Origin: Diadema antillarum
Taxonomy: Eukaryota
NCBI RefSeq assembly: GCF_040938485.1
Contig: NW_027271688.1
Coordinates: forward strand, 620,001-684,000
Length of the DNA: 64,000 nt
Reading direction: 5' to 3'
Numbering within the stretch: position 1 is the first letter of the stretch; each line of letters opens with the position of its first letter. This document shows, piece by piece, positions 39,754 through 53,010 of this stretch. Below the pieces are notes generated by a model. The model was given only the letters and a program-made list of their open reading frames with translations, had not been told where the DNA came from and did not search any database. A program made the position numbers and the translations under genes.

Positions 39754-42700
39754 CTAGGGTGACGCAATCACTGCTTCAAGCTCAAACTGGTCTGGTCTGA
39801 ATGTCGCCCCCATGCGTCCGCCGAGTTCTGTCGAGGCGCCGGCGGGAAGACGCAAACTGAACCGCTGGAGGACGAACGTTACGAAGAGGAACAACTCCAT
39901 CCGGGCTAATTGCTCGCCCGGGCATGCTCTCTGGCCTTATTGGGAGAAAGGCAGAAAAGAGATTATTAATATTGCTGCTTCCAGATTGTTGACGAAATAG
40001 TTTCTACTCTGTGTCAAACAAGAAAAAGAAAAAGAAAGTTAAATGTAAGACAAATAATATATTGTATAAAAACCTTAATCTCGTATTATATTACGAACAT
40101 GTTGTCACGCGCATTTGCGCATTATGTAAAGAAAACAACAGGAAAGTGTACGGTACAGTCCTTCGTGAATTCGAGATTATAACTGATTGTAGCTACTGTA
40201 GCAATTTGGCTTGTCGGCCAGTTCACCATCATAATTCACCGTCACCCCTTTTAACAGTTGTGTGCAGAGGCAAGATGATAGACCAATGAGTTTATGATTC
40301 TATACGCAAACGGGAACAGTTAATCAAGAGAGAAAGAGGGACAAAATAATAAGTACATAATTTTTGTTCCTGCTGGGAACCTGTAAGAACATCAGTCTCT
40401 GAAATGTTGACCATACCGTAACTGAAGAGAACTGGCTCCAGCGATCTATCGAAGCACCCCTCTTGGTCCAGAAATCGTTCTGGTCTGAACTTGTCGGGTT
40501 CGTCCCACAGCGCCGGGCTGCGCGCCACGTACCAGAGGTTAATCGTGACTCTTGTACCGGCCGGTACGTCATATCCGGCTATTTTACGATCACGTGACGC
40601 AACGTGCGGCGCCACATAGGGGATGACTGGCCGCAGTCGCATGCTCTCGGCAATCGTGGCTTCGGTCAGGGGAAGGTTGTGGCGGTCGGCAAATGTCGGT
40701 AGCCGATCGGAGCCGACGACATCCGAAATCTCCCGACGGACCCGGGCTTGCAGCTCGGGATGACTCGCCAGGAGGTGGTAGGTCCATCGGAGAGTAGATA
40801 TCGACGTTTCGAAGCCGGGGAAAATGGCGTCCCAACATGTCTGGAGAAGGTTGATTTCATCGAACGTCGATTCGTCGTCCGGAACCTGTAGAGTATAATA
40901 AACCATTTACATTATCTCGCCAAAAACAACATAGTCCTTTAACAAAACTCTTCATGTAAGTCTTTTCTGCCTATTGTTCGTCAACCATAAAATTATTATA
41001 AATTCAGTTCACAGTTTGGATGGCCATTACACATAAAAATAGTGCTTGATAAACAGCGGCGTCAATATGATTTTAAGCTACGGAATACTTCTTATGTTTT
41101 GACAAAACAGTTCAAGTGTCCGTGGTGTAGTCTTTAAAAATCAAACCTTTCTGTACATTAGGCCATATATGAATTAAGTCTAAGGACACACACAAAACAA
41201 AACTGTTCTTATTCGACGTCGCAAGTTACTACACGGTCACTTAAAATACATGTTTTTTTCTCGAAGTGCTAGCTAGTTGAATTACATGCATTTATTTACA
41301 TGTATTTGTCACTCTGCTTTCTATTATGCGAGATAACCTTCTCTCTGTAAGAATTTCCTAGTTTGACGACCCACCTTCGACCTTCTGGCCATTTCTTTGA
41401 GATAGCAGGATATGAAGTCCGTTGCTGGTTCGTCGGGGCTGTAACTGGCCTTATGCTCGTCAACGTGCTGCCTGATAAAGCCCAGCATCGTTCGCATCAG
41501 CTCCGTGAGCTCTTCCTTGGCAGGGAGTGGGAGGGACGCTAACCACGAGATCATACCTGTAATAATACACACACCGTTGGTATACAAGACAACACAAAAG
41601 CGTCAGAGTGAGAGCAGATTGGTAAGAGGTATATGGAAATACATAAAGCAATTATTATAGAGTTTCATATAAAGAGTTACAGCGAAAGAGGGGGTCAATA
41701 AGAGAAAGGATTAGAGGGTGATTATTTTGTGTCCTCTTTTTGTGAGGGGGCATGTGTGTTTGAAAAATGATAAGATATAGAGACTTAACGAGAGGCAGTC
41801 AGCTATGCATATCATGCTGCTATTGTTTTCATCTACAGAAGTTCGTGGACTCAAGGTTGACATCACGGAAGCACGTTGATATCATGATATCACAAGTATG
41901 CTCGAATCTAGCCTCTGGATATACTAAGACGCTATGGTGGAACTTGAACGAACAGCTGATTGAGGAAGATGTGCATACTCTAGCAATAAGGACGCAACTC
42001 TCCCAGGCGTTCAGACGGGGGTCATCCCACGAGACCGACAGCCACGAATCATACAGCACACGAGCTAGACACTAGGCAGATGAGGCTCATGAGTTCGAAA
42101 ATAGGCAAACAAGACCCACGAGCCCAACATTACATCACGGGGCTAAAATGTTTCGGTCTCGTGCTATGGGCCCTTCTTGCTTAGTGTCGAACTCGTGGGC
42201 CTTGTTTGCCTAGTGTCGGACTCGTGGTTCTTGTTTGCATAGTGTCGGACCTATATGGGCCTTATTTGCCTGGTGTCGAACTCACGGGCTATATGACTCG
42301 TGGGCTGTATCACTTGTGGGCTGTATGACTCATGGGTGTCGAACTCGCATAATGTGCACCCAATCCACGTGCCTCGCCGTCCTGAGTGTGACGCAAACCT
42401 CAACCACGAGAGCTTTTCAAAAGGCTGGTATGAAGCATAAAAATGCGTGTGCTTACCTAGTAGACCGGCAGGCCCGATTATTTCAGACAGTCTGTCGGAG
42501 CACGCGGCAATCCGGAGGAAATCGGGGTCGTCGAAACTGTACGTCTTTCCCGTGACGATCTTCATGATGACGTTGGAGACGGACACGGTGACGAGGTCGG
42601 TTGGGTTGAAGCTTTTCCCACCGTAACTCTCCATCTCTTCGAGAAACCTGAGAACCTGCGATGCAATGATCTCCTCGAACTTGATGACGCTCGAGTTGAC

Positions 42701-43737
42701 TTTTCTGAAGACGGTGAGGAAAAACCTCTGCTGCTCCTTGAATACTGACCCACTAGCGAAGGCGATGCCTATGGGCATGAAAATGTTCATTTACATATTC
42801 AAAAAAAAGTGAGAATTTATTACAAAGACAGCAGGATCAAATCTAAGGGATTATAAACAAGCAGTAATAGTCGTTACATTATGACATTCAAGGTGTTATT
42901 TAATCAATCAATGACATGAAATGCATGAAATATTACGACTTCATAAATGAGTCGGGAAGACACTGACTTACAGAGAACAAAATATACGAACCCTGTAGCA
43001 AAGGGGCGCTTTTAATGCACAAGATGTCAGAGGTCTGAACTGTTAAATCACTTTGTAGCAATGTTCGTGACAGACACTGCATGCATATACATTGTGTGTG
43101 TACGAAGTATGTTTTGGTAAAACTTTTGTGATATTTGCAGCCAACTTTCTACCCCTGATCAAGTTCACTATTGGTGTAAAAGGTCAGGGAATAGGCCGTT
43201 TCATACAACGCATCATGATATCTTAGAACTAACCTGATTCAGTAGATATGATGTAAGTTTCAGATGTTTCTATTTTTTTAGGGAATGTAAGCAACCTAAT
43301 TTATGTCATAATACAAAACGCGTACATGTATTACGATGACACTTTGCACATGACAACCATTATCGGATAGCGTTCTTCACCAACTTACCTGTGTTTGGTC
43401 TTCCCAGGATAGTCTCGCAAGCGGGAAAGGGTATCTTGTCGCTGACGTACGGATCTTGGAGGGTCTCGCGTATCAGCTTCTCGTCGCTCAGAACAACCAC
43501 CCTTGTGCCCAGCATGGTGAAGGAGAATATGCCTCCGTAGGTGGCGCTCCACTGGAACAGAATTTCGTGCTGCTGCAGTTTGGTGAAGAGCAGACTGAAG
43601 ACGCTACCGAAGACGGGCCATTCTGGAGGACCCGGAGGGTGGTTCCATCTCCTCGTGCGCCGCCCGCGGACAACTAGGTAGAAGACCAGAGCGGTGAGTG
43701 CGCCGCCAGCGAGAATTGTCGTAGGGGTGATGTACAT
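39754..43737 (-). CDS. Cytochrome P450, clan 2 (CYP2-like), 497 aa, 5 exons
   Basis: Exons 43737-43389 (349 nt; TM anchor and PPGP hinge), 42768-42457 (312), 41556-41375 (182), 40885-40417 (469; I-helix PGFETS, ESMR, PERF), 39935-39754 (182). Heme motif FSYG|QRACPG spans the last junction. All GT-AG, phases consistent, 1494 nt. The track start at 43809 is a TTG; the first ATG is 43737. Confidence 0.96.
42026..42346. mobile_element. Foldback-like element in P450 intron 2 (about 29-bp subunits, inverted arms)
   Basis: cccacgag...acactaggcaaacaag units inverted against cttgtttgcctagtgtcg(a/g)actcgtggg units. Confidence 0.6.
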
Positions 43738-45772
43738 AAGTGAGCTTGACGCTGCCGCCAATTCTGTCAGAGACGAGCAGTAATTAGCTGACGCTGATTG
43801 TTGTGGCAAAATTATATCAACTCAAACTTATAAGATGTCTAACCCTCCCGGCTTGTTGGACAAAATCTCTGTCACCGCCTTTACGGTTTTCTTGCTATCC
43901 CCACGGAGCTACCCCCATGCTATACCCAACTATACGTTTACTATTTTGTTGTTGCGTCGAACAGTATACCAGGGCACTCTGCGTAAGTGTAGTGAAGAAA
44001 AAGTATTGCCTCGTTTACTTTCTGAGAAAATCAAGCGCGCAGCTCTAAGATTGAATCCAATTGAATCCAATTTTGTGTGGACTAGATCTCGTCAGCTCAG
44101 CGTGTCCATGCATCGACCAGAAATCTCCGCACTGTACCGACTGTATAATGAGAAAATTGAGAAAGCGCTATATGAATGCACGACACTCACTGAAGTACAC
44201 GATGTACCACTATTTACACCCATCCAGGTTTGTTATCTACTCGCTGTATGTACCAATATGCGCTATCCGTGAGGAAAGTTACGCTTGGGAGGATCACAAT
44301 GTATCAACGATTACAGGCCTCAATCCGCATTCGTCAATGGATTTTACGTCACACTATTATAGGAGCATTACATTGAGTCCTTCACGTCTCGCCACCCCAC
44401 CCCTTTTCTCACTTAGATATTTGTTGTTGTTTTCCTCTCATGATAAATCAATAGAAAGATATCTAGGGTCAGCTGTTGCTTTGCACAAAACAAGGTGAAA
44501 ACTGAGTTGTTCACTGACATCGACTGATTCATGGGTATTGTAACGCCGAAATGTTTGCATCACTTTTGATAGAAAATGACGTTCTTCTCATGGTCGCAAG
44601 TGTGCAAGTGACACTTATTGACAGAACATCGGAAGGTACAGTCGCTTGTCATTTATACAGAGCTCATTTGAATGTGATATCTTTTTTGAAACATAAATGT
44701 TATGAAAGGCAGAAGGATAAAAAACACTATCCAACAATTTCTGAACTTGCGCATAAAAAGCAATCTTCGTTTCATATTCGCAAACATAATACGGTGGCGT
44801 TCATATACTCAGCCGGAGAAACCTGCAGCCTATAGCATTCATTGAATTGCCCCAAGGGCATACTCGTGTGTGTTCTACTTAAGAGTTCAAAGCTCAGTAT
44901 GATTTCAACGATTTACTGAAATATCTAAACATATTTGCACGTCTAAGAATGATAAGTCAACGGTAGCAGGGTCAAAAGATAAGATGGCATTACACCGTAT
45001 CAATAAAAGGGATCATTGTTTGTGGTTGTTGTTTTGTAGTAAAATCAGAGTTACAGGTGGTAGAGAATTACGCCTAATCATCTCCACAGTATCGTGTTTG
45101 TGTTTGCTAGATAGCGCGACCTAATTAACTGTACGTTGTCTGTATATTAAAGCGGGTGTGCGTGCAGGATGACACGTGATAATTAAGTATTTTAAAACAA
45201 GAAAGTAGTGCCCGCCGATTTCAAGAACAAAGGGGAAAAACAAAATGCAGTACTGAATTTGTATGAGAAAACAGCAACTGAGCAGGGGTTGCGAAACTTT
45301 TGTTTTGTTTTGTTTTTGCTTTTTTTGTTTTGTTTTGGTTTTTTTTTTAAAGGGTGGGGAGGTGGCCTGCATGCCGGAGGGGAGGGGGATGGTCAAGAGT
45401 CAACCCCCCCCCCCCCCCCCGCACGGGAAGAATCTAACTGAAGAGCCTTCGGAAAGTAATGGGTATTGTTATTTCTTTTTCAAATTTTTTCCATCGACAT
45501 TTTCCCCGACTTTTTTTTCTTTTTTTACCAAAAACGGTATAGAGACCCTTGCCCAATGGTTGAATGAAATCACAAATCACATCGCATAGAGTTTCCATTT
45601 AGATGTGGTGGCAAATACATGAATACATAATAAAATCTTGTCCGAATTTCTTCTAAGTTTCATGTACAGTATTTCAGTTATCTCTCCGCGTTCACTGAAG
45701 CCACATAATCGTACGTTTCGACAGGTAGTACAGTTGCACAATCTCTTTGAAGCACCAAATGCAGAACGAACT

Positions 45773-46028
45773 NNNNNNNNNNNNNNNNNNNNNNNNNNNN
45801 NNNNNNNNNNNNNNNNNNNNNNNNNNNNNNNNNNNNNNNNNNNNNNNNNNNNNNNNNNNNNNNNNNNNNNNNNNNNNNNNNNNNNNNNNNNNNNNNNNNN
45901 NNNNNNNNNNNNNNNNNNNNNNNNNNNNNNNNNNNNNNNNNNNNNNNNNNNNNNNNNNNNNNNNNNNNNNNNNNNNNNNNNNNNNNNNNNNNNNNNNNNN
46001 NNNNNNNNNNNNNNNNNNNNNNNNNNNN
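45773..46028. other. Assembly gap (N run)
   Basis: 256 N. Confidence 1.
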
Positions 46029-46464
46029 AGAGAAATAACATATTATGATATACATTTACATAATTATAATATATTACATACAAATGTGCGCATGCGTGTG
46101 TGTATGTGTAATGAATGCAAATCAAAACTATCCTAAATATCAAATGGACATCACTCACGGATATCTTTCATCATCTTTAGCGTAACAAATGCTGTTCTCC
46201 ACGCTGGGCACAAAACACCATGATAATTCTCGTCTCCTCTTCTCTGTCTTCCTCCCCCTCTCCCTCGTTTCCATTCCTGAATGCCTCTCTATCTGTCAAT
46301 CTTGTTCTTCAGTCTTTCTTTGCTCTTTCTCAACCACTGCCCTCCTCTCACCAAGACTCTTTAACTAATTAAAAAAAAAATCTTCCATACAATCTTTATG
46401 CTTAACCTAGTTTTTGATGCTGTATAAATGTCAACGCTGGCTTTCAACACAAACACGACACCAG

Positions 46465-46621
46465 GGAGGTGTTTCATCAACGCTTGTCAGCGCCGACAAC
46501 TGTCGCCGCTGACCAATTTCAGCAAAATCCTTGGTTTTGATTGGTTGAGATGCTCTGGTCACTGACTGTTACTATGGTGATTCAAGTTGTCAGCGGCGAC
46601 AAACGTTGATGAAACACCCCC
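46465..46621. mobile_element. PIF/Harbinger-type MITE (157 bp)
   Basis: gacaccag|GGAGGTGTTTCATCAACG ... CGTTGATGAAACACCCCC|caa; CCAAT at 46513 and ATTGG at 46540. Confidence 0.75.
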
Positions 46622-48250
46622 CAAGAGGCGCTTTGTCAATTACTGAACAATTACCAGTATACCTCATTCAATTTCCAACACGTTTGCAAGAATGTTCGAA
46701 TATTGTAATCCTCAGAGGCAAAACACACCTCAATTTATATGTGAATTTAGCGAATGCAGCACCAATAGTATATCAGATGAACGCCCACATCAGCAAATTT
46801 TTAGGAAATTATTAATAGGCAATTCATTTAAAAGTTATGAATTTTCGAAGCTGTGGTGCTGCCATTGCTGGTTAAAAAGGCTACAAGAGTTCAGGATATT
46901 TGAAACAATAAAAAAAGGAACAAAAGAATTCCTTTCTTTATTCTAGTTTGTTAAAAAGAACTTGACCTACCTCTTTCAACAGGCAAAGTGACAGGGAAAA
47001 TAATATTACCCATAACGTAATGTCAGTAGGCCTAATAAGTCGAGGGAATGTGTATATTTCATTAAAAAGGAGCTAATGTGACATCACAAATTGTTGTAGC
47101 CTTTTTATCCTGCAGTGATGGTACATTGATTTCATGAAATATTTGAAAATGTTCAATTTTAGAACTGATTGTCAAATTGTCCTATAAGTTCCTAAATGTG
47201 TTCAATGTGTTCATTTACTGCTTCTTGTATACTCTTACCGAAATCACATAATATATTTAGGTGTACTTCCTTCAAGTACAAATACATGAATTGATGAATT
47301 GATTTCATGAATTTGAATTGATACATCCCAGTGCATGTAATCAATTGAACAGTGAGTGTATATCAAGCTAGAATACGTGACCGTATATTCTAACTGTAAC
47401 TTCTGTTTACGAAATCTTCAATCTTCAAACCACTTGTCGACTGGTGAAGTAAAACATCTGCCTACGTAGCTGTTGCCGTCACGTCTTATTGGCGTGTGGG
47501 CAGGAAGTTAACGAGACGTTCCATGAAAGTATTAACCTCGTTCAAATAAACTTTGAGATGCGATGGCAAGTTTAAATGTAGTCGTGCGACTTCTTTGTCT
47601 CTCCCAAAGTATCTCCCTCTCTCACTAAACCACACAGGCACGCATAATGCAGAGAAGCATGAGAGCACGCGCGCACACACACATACACTCACAGTTTCTC
47701 GCACACACCCACGCATCAGATATCAATAAAGAGTGAAGAAAAAAAATCGATCAGATGGTCTTGGTGAGAAGATCTGAGGCATCTTGAAAGAATACAGTGA
47801 AGGTGTTTTTAAACGCAGGCTAAGAACTTACAGAATCAGAAGGCATTTTCATGTGGAATAGTACGCTTAAAATGCAACAAAGACTGACACAGACTTGATA
47901 TATTGAAACATAGTACTGGCGATACTCCTGCGTGATCGTACTTGACCGATCATTTTTTTTTTCACGAATGTGAAGTCACTGCTATCGCCTCGCGGACATG
48001 CTGTTACAGCTCACAACCTCTTTTGGTCGGAACCGCATATGGAGGAGACAGTGTTAGAAGAGACAACAAGTGTTTGCCCACTTGTTTGATAAAATCCAGA
48101 AAACTGGATAAAAAAATAACCGCAATAGACAAGGGTTGCATGGTTTGGGATATCTCTCACTTCATGAATCAAAAGGAGGAAAATTTCCGCAACTATATTC
48201 GTTTCTTTGCTGCTCTATTGAGGATGGAAAAATAAGTCTAGCCAGGCAGT

Positions 48251-49341
48251 ATGTCGTTTATGCAAGATGAGAATGCTGCCATGACGTCTGATGACATTAC
48301 CCCAATCCCAGCCGCGTGGATTTTAGCGTTCATCTCGGGGGTATCTCTGTTCTGCAACGCGCTGAATCTCCTCATCATTCCAACACTCAAAGAGCTCGCC
48401 GACGCTACCAAAGTTTTCTACGCGTCACTGGCGATCATTGACCTCGTCTTTACACTCCTCATCATCGTGATGGTTAAGCCCTCCCTCACGGGCGAGTGGG
48501 AATACGGAAGACTGATGTGCAAGGTTAGTGGATTTCTGATAGGAATAACTTCCGGCTCATCTGCGACTGTGGTGGCCCTTTTGAACGTAGATCGCTTTGC
48601 ATTCATTATCAAGCCCCTCCATTACTCGAGGATTGTCACCACGCGGCGGTGCGTAATTGCTGTAGCTGTTATGATTCTGTTGCTAGTCTTTGTCGGCGTT
48701 GTGGAACACGTCTTCGCCGGCGACTTGTTCGACATCGTACGATTTCGAGAATTCGGAATATGTTTGACGGACAACCGGCATCGACGATTTTTGCCCTTCA
48801 CCATCTTCAATTTCGTGATCGGATATTGGTCTCCGGCTTTGGTGATCCTCTGCCTGTACGTCGTCATCCTCCGGACGGTGTGGCGACATTCGAAGGTCAT
48901 TGCTACCCAAGAGAGAATCGTTGACCAGTTGATGGCAAATGTAGTCGAATGTCTGTTGTTCACTCCGCAGGAGCGTTATCTCCTTTCGAGAAACGTAGCG
49001 AAAAAGTTCGGCTACTGCGATCCGAACATCGTCGACATCTTAAGTCGGTCGCGATTGCCATATCAATCACAGGATCGTTCATCCTCTCTTGGTTGCCGAT
49101 CACGATATCCGAGACAATACAGCCGATTACTGGTCGCCCGGTAGCCCGAGGTTACCAAATCGCTTTCCTGTATCTCGCATGCTGTAGCACCTGGCTAGAT
49201 TCTCTCGTCTATTTTGTCCTCAACAAAGAATACAGGAGTAATCTGAAGGAAATCTTACGAAGAGCTAAGACGATGTTCTTATTTCTCTGTTTTGTAAAAT
49301 GGAGTCATAGATTTAAAGTGAGTAACGATGAAGACACTTGA
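48251..49341 (+). pseudogene. Intronless class A (rhodopsin-like, aminergic-like orphan) GPCR disrupted by a 1-nt frameshift in ICL3; pseudogene, null allele or assembly error
   Basis: ORF 48251-49144 encodes TM1-5 (LAxxD, TM3 Cys, LLNVDRF, KPLHY). ORF 48949-49341 in the -1 frame encodes TM6-7 (FILSWLP, WLDSLVY, helix 8). The second frame opens after TGA 48922-48924. One inserted nt would give 363 aa. Confidence 0.8.
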
Positions 49342-49855
49342 CAGATGGTTACAATTGAGACAGTCCGTGGTTTATACAAGCGTTACACACCTGCAAATCA
49401 TTATCTATAACAAAGGGCAATCATTTTTTCATAAATAGTTGATTTCTTTCCTCATGTGTTTAAGTGATGAGGGTTTTACACCGTAAAATACAGCGATACA
49501 TGTATAAGTGGACAGGAGTTTATGTGACTTGAACTTTCAACGAACAGCTAGTCAAATGTGACTTTGGGGAAATCATGGAGCAAACATGGCAAATTTTACA
49601 GTTTTGCTCGAAGGCAGATGCCCTTTGTTTTTAAGAGTATGCAGCGAGTAATACCCTCCCTCTGCACTCACTGAGGGCGAATTGAATTGAATGGAAATAT
49701 GATTTTTTTTAATGTGGTCACTCGGAAAGCAATGATGCTTGTATTTGTAAGCAAGCAACTTCGGCGTCGACGGCTTTTAGTCCCTTCGGAGGATGATGGA
49801 TAAAGTTCCTCGAAGCAAAACCCCTCCTGTCGAGCTCTGAGCCACAATAGGTTAA

Positions 49856-50239
49856 AGGGACTGTACAGTACTGGTTGAGGTGCGGATTCAGGTTTATAAC
49901 ATTCCTAAGTGAGATAAGGAGAAACCTCTTATGAAATATGAAAGAGCATGTAATTTTAAGAAGGATTCAACGTTTATTTGATGAAAATTGGTTTTCAAAT
50001 GGCCGAGATATCCAAAAAAGTGATAATAATAAAAGGCGACAGGCCACGCCTTTTATTAGGATCTCTTTGTTTCACGTTATTTTTGGATATCTCAGCTATT
50101 TCAAAACCGATTTTCATTAAATAAACTTTTGATGCCCCTTAGAATTGCATGCTCTTTGACATCTCATAGAGTGGTTTCTGAATATCTCGCAAAACATTAA
50201 AAGCTAAATCCTCACCTCAACCAGAACTGTACACACCCT
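49856..50239. mobile_element. Kolobok-like non-autonomous element, family A copy 4 (best preserved)
   Basis: TTAA|AGGGACTGTACAGTACTGGTTGAGGTG ... CACCTCAACCAGAACTGTACACACCCT|TTAA. Confidence 0.85.
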
Positions 50240-51233
50240 TTAAGTGCAAATGCGTTAATCAATATTGTGTTTTGATTTAGACAAGATGTTGTTCACCGAT
50301 GTATGATCGGTACATGGTCGTGATCATTCATTCTTTCAGCAGCTAAGCTTAATTGTAGGCTCTAATGGTTTGATTGTATTATGTGCCATGTTTTAATAAC
50401 TGCTTTAAACACTGCTATTTTCAACTATATTGTTTCTGCCATATTCTTACTCCTTCATACTGTGTTTGCAAACTGTGTTTTTTTTTCTATGTTTCATGAA
50501 ATGCGATTTTATATTTATGAACTCGAATCGTACAGGACCTTGATGTGAAACATCGTCTACTTGTTGATCTTGTTATCATGTCAAAATATGTTGAGAAAAA
50601 ATATGTCGAAATAAATAATTTTTCTCAAACTGAAACATTTATGCAACTTAATAACTTTGTCGTCACTTGGTCGAACGGAAAACAGACTGCTGATAAATTA
50701 AGTTCTGACACCGATTACAGAAAAACGTAATCATTGTTACATATATAACTTGCCGAGTGCGAAATATGGCTCTCGACAAACACTGAACCATGCACACGGC
50801 TGCACATTGGATCACATGCTACCGTTTGATGTGATGTTAATTGGACAGATTAACCCCCCTCCCTGCCCCTCCATCCTCTATGGCGAACATTCAAAACGTT
50901 TCACATATCTACCTCCATTTGGTTAAGTTTGATCGAACGCCCTGGGTCTAATAATTAGCCTGACATGTTACGTGACGTCTAGAAGCTTGTCGCCAGATTT
51001 TGGCAACGATTCTTACAGATGATGCAGATTCGCAATAAAATGAGATGTGAAAGGGATAGCCTAAAAAAAAAATAAGCAAGAAACAGAATTAACTGCACTG
51101 AGTTCCTATACTAGTAAATTGTATCTTCAGGTAGCATTTCCTGTCATCCGCATTCGAAACATCTGATATCTCAGTCTCCATACTCGTTACTTATTTCATC
51201 TTCCTCATTGAGAGTGACTAGTCTGTAAATCAG

Positions 51234-51317
51234 TATATGAAGAGCTTGCTTCCAAAAGGCTCTAAATCCATTGAAAATGGTGGATTTAGCGCCTTTTGGA
51301 AGCAAGCTCTTCATGTA
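51234..51317. repeat. Near-perfect 84-nt inverted repeat (hairpin)
   Basis: ATGAAGAGCTTGCTTCCAAAAGGC-T-CTAAATCCA / TGGATTTAG-C-GCCTTTTGGAAGCAAGCTCTTCAT, 10-nt loop, TA at both ends. Confidence 0.9.
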
Positions 51318-52920
51318 TGATTATACACATGCACTATTCTACACCCATACGAGACCTATTTCCATGACTGAGTCACGATGACTAATCCCGGTCTAAAGGA
51401 GAATTATCCCAAGAAGAACGTTGGTATAAATCAGAGCAGGAGGATAAGAACAGCAAATCAGTAAAACCATTCACGGAATCGCATCTGAACGTAACCTTTC
51501 ACCTTATATAAAGAGTGAAGCTCCAAATTTATCCTGAAAATATATGAAATTTTGCATCTGAATATCCAATCGAACTCTCTGATCAATCAGCTCTAAAATG
51601 TCCTCGTAAAACCAAAGTAAACGCCATTTTCATAGTCGGCTCTTCCACAATCGGGCCCGATATTTACTGATGGCCTTACGCAAACATGACGGTATACCAC
51701 TTGTCCCACAGCTCGCACTAATTCAACTTTGATTGGGAGCGAGTGGATTTGTGTTGCTCTTGATGGGTGGAAGCTAGCTTGACACGCTGTTTGATTTCAA
51801 CATCCTCTCTGCAGAGTGATCAGAATGGAAACTTGATTGCGTGTACTCTAAACGTGATCTCTCACGTTTCTCTGTCGGGAATGGGAGGGGGCAGAACAAA
51901 ACACAGAAATATGGCATGAACTATGGTTTTCTTTCTTTTTTCATATGTTTCATATCTATGGTACAAAACAGGAAAAATAGTAAAGACAACGAGATACATC
52001 AATATTATAGTACCTTTGAATACTTCCATTTGAGAACATAAGGGTATAGTGCTTAATCTATTCTCTTGGGCTTTAATCTACTACTGACCAGCGATTCCTC
52101 CTCGCTCTATGGCTGCGTCCTCCCCTCCCCGTCTTATTCTGTCATCCTAAAGATATCATCGTGCATGAGCTGGCCATTAATCGTGACCACAGTGCTTCCG
52201 TAAGTCATTATTATGCACAATGTATCTACGGAACCACCATCTACAGTTTATTTTCCTCTGAATTATTATAACAATGTATGATTATTCTCGCCGTGCCGTC
52301 CAATAATTGTGCAAGCCAAACCTGACATCGCACCGCAGGAATCGTTAGTTGGTCACGAAAGAAAATAAATATTAGCACACTTCAAAGGGACATCACCACA
52401 TGTCAAAAATCCCATCCAAGTCTTGTGGTATTCTTGGGGTCCTCGATGCAATTCAAAACGTTTGCACAACCGTTGATCATTTTGGTCTTTCTTGAGCTTC
52501 AAGAAGATGCATTCATCGAAATGTAGTCTCTCTGTGGCTTTAAATTGCTCTTGTCTATTCATAATGATTACTTTCCCCATATATGTGTAATCATATTCTG
52601 TTATTTTTGTGTGTGCTTGTTTTGTTTTCCATGCTCCGTTGATGACTGCCGATACGTCGTGCCCTGGCGCAAAATATTTCCCTTTGTAAACAGTGGAGAT
52701 TCCATTTTATTCTATAGACACCGTGTAAGTGCTCCGTTTCCGTATACAGCAATATGCATGCACCAACGAAACACACTCGCAAAATTCCAAGGTGCCAAGT
52801 GAGAATTTAGAGAAACACTGATGCAGAATCTTTTGCTCACTGGAATGTGAAGTTTTCTGATGATTTATTTGACACAACATCTTATCACTTACAGCAACGA
52901 TGGAGTGTACAAGTGTACTT

Positions 52921-53010
52921 CACAAATAGAGAGCGTTGCAATTTCAAGACCAATTTTGACACTTGCGTGGTTTAAAAACTGGTCCATCATTATTTTCTCC
53001 ATGTCCTGTG
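52921..53010 (-). promoter_or_regulatory. SECIS element, type II, in the 3'UTR of the selenoprotein U gene
   Basis: Minus strand: A-UGA-U (52990-52986), 11-bp helix GGACCAGUUUU/AAAAUUGGUCU (2 GU), apical AAA (52973-52971), ministem CAC-GCAA-GUG, U-GA-A (52946-52943), lower helix AUGGAGA/UCUCUAU. AATAAA at 52869-52864. Confidence 0.88.

Noticed and set aside
41838-42020. Plus-strand ORF piece FVDSRLTSRKHVDIMISQV, faintly like a LINE RT thumb region
   Set aside because: Too short and degenerate to call without a profile search.
43835-44498. Two overlapping 145-aa ORFs upstream of the P450
   Set aside because: No recognisable motifs or splice support; probably promoter or repeat-derived sequence.
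48896-48990. Rescue of the GPCR frame by a 95-nt intron (AAG|GTCATT...TTTCGAG|) or by programmed -1 frameshifting
   Set aside because: The GAG acceptor is poor, the better CAG at 48970 keeps the wrong frame, and there is no X XXY YYZ slippery site.
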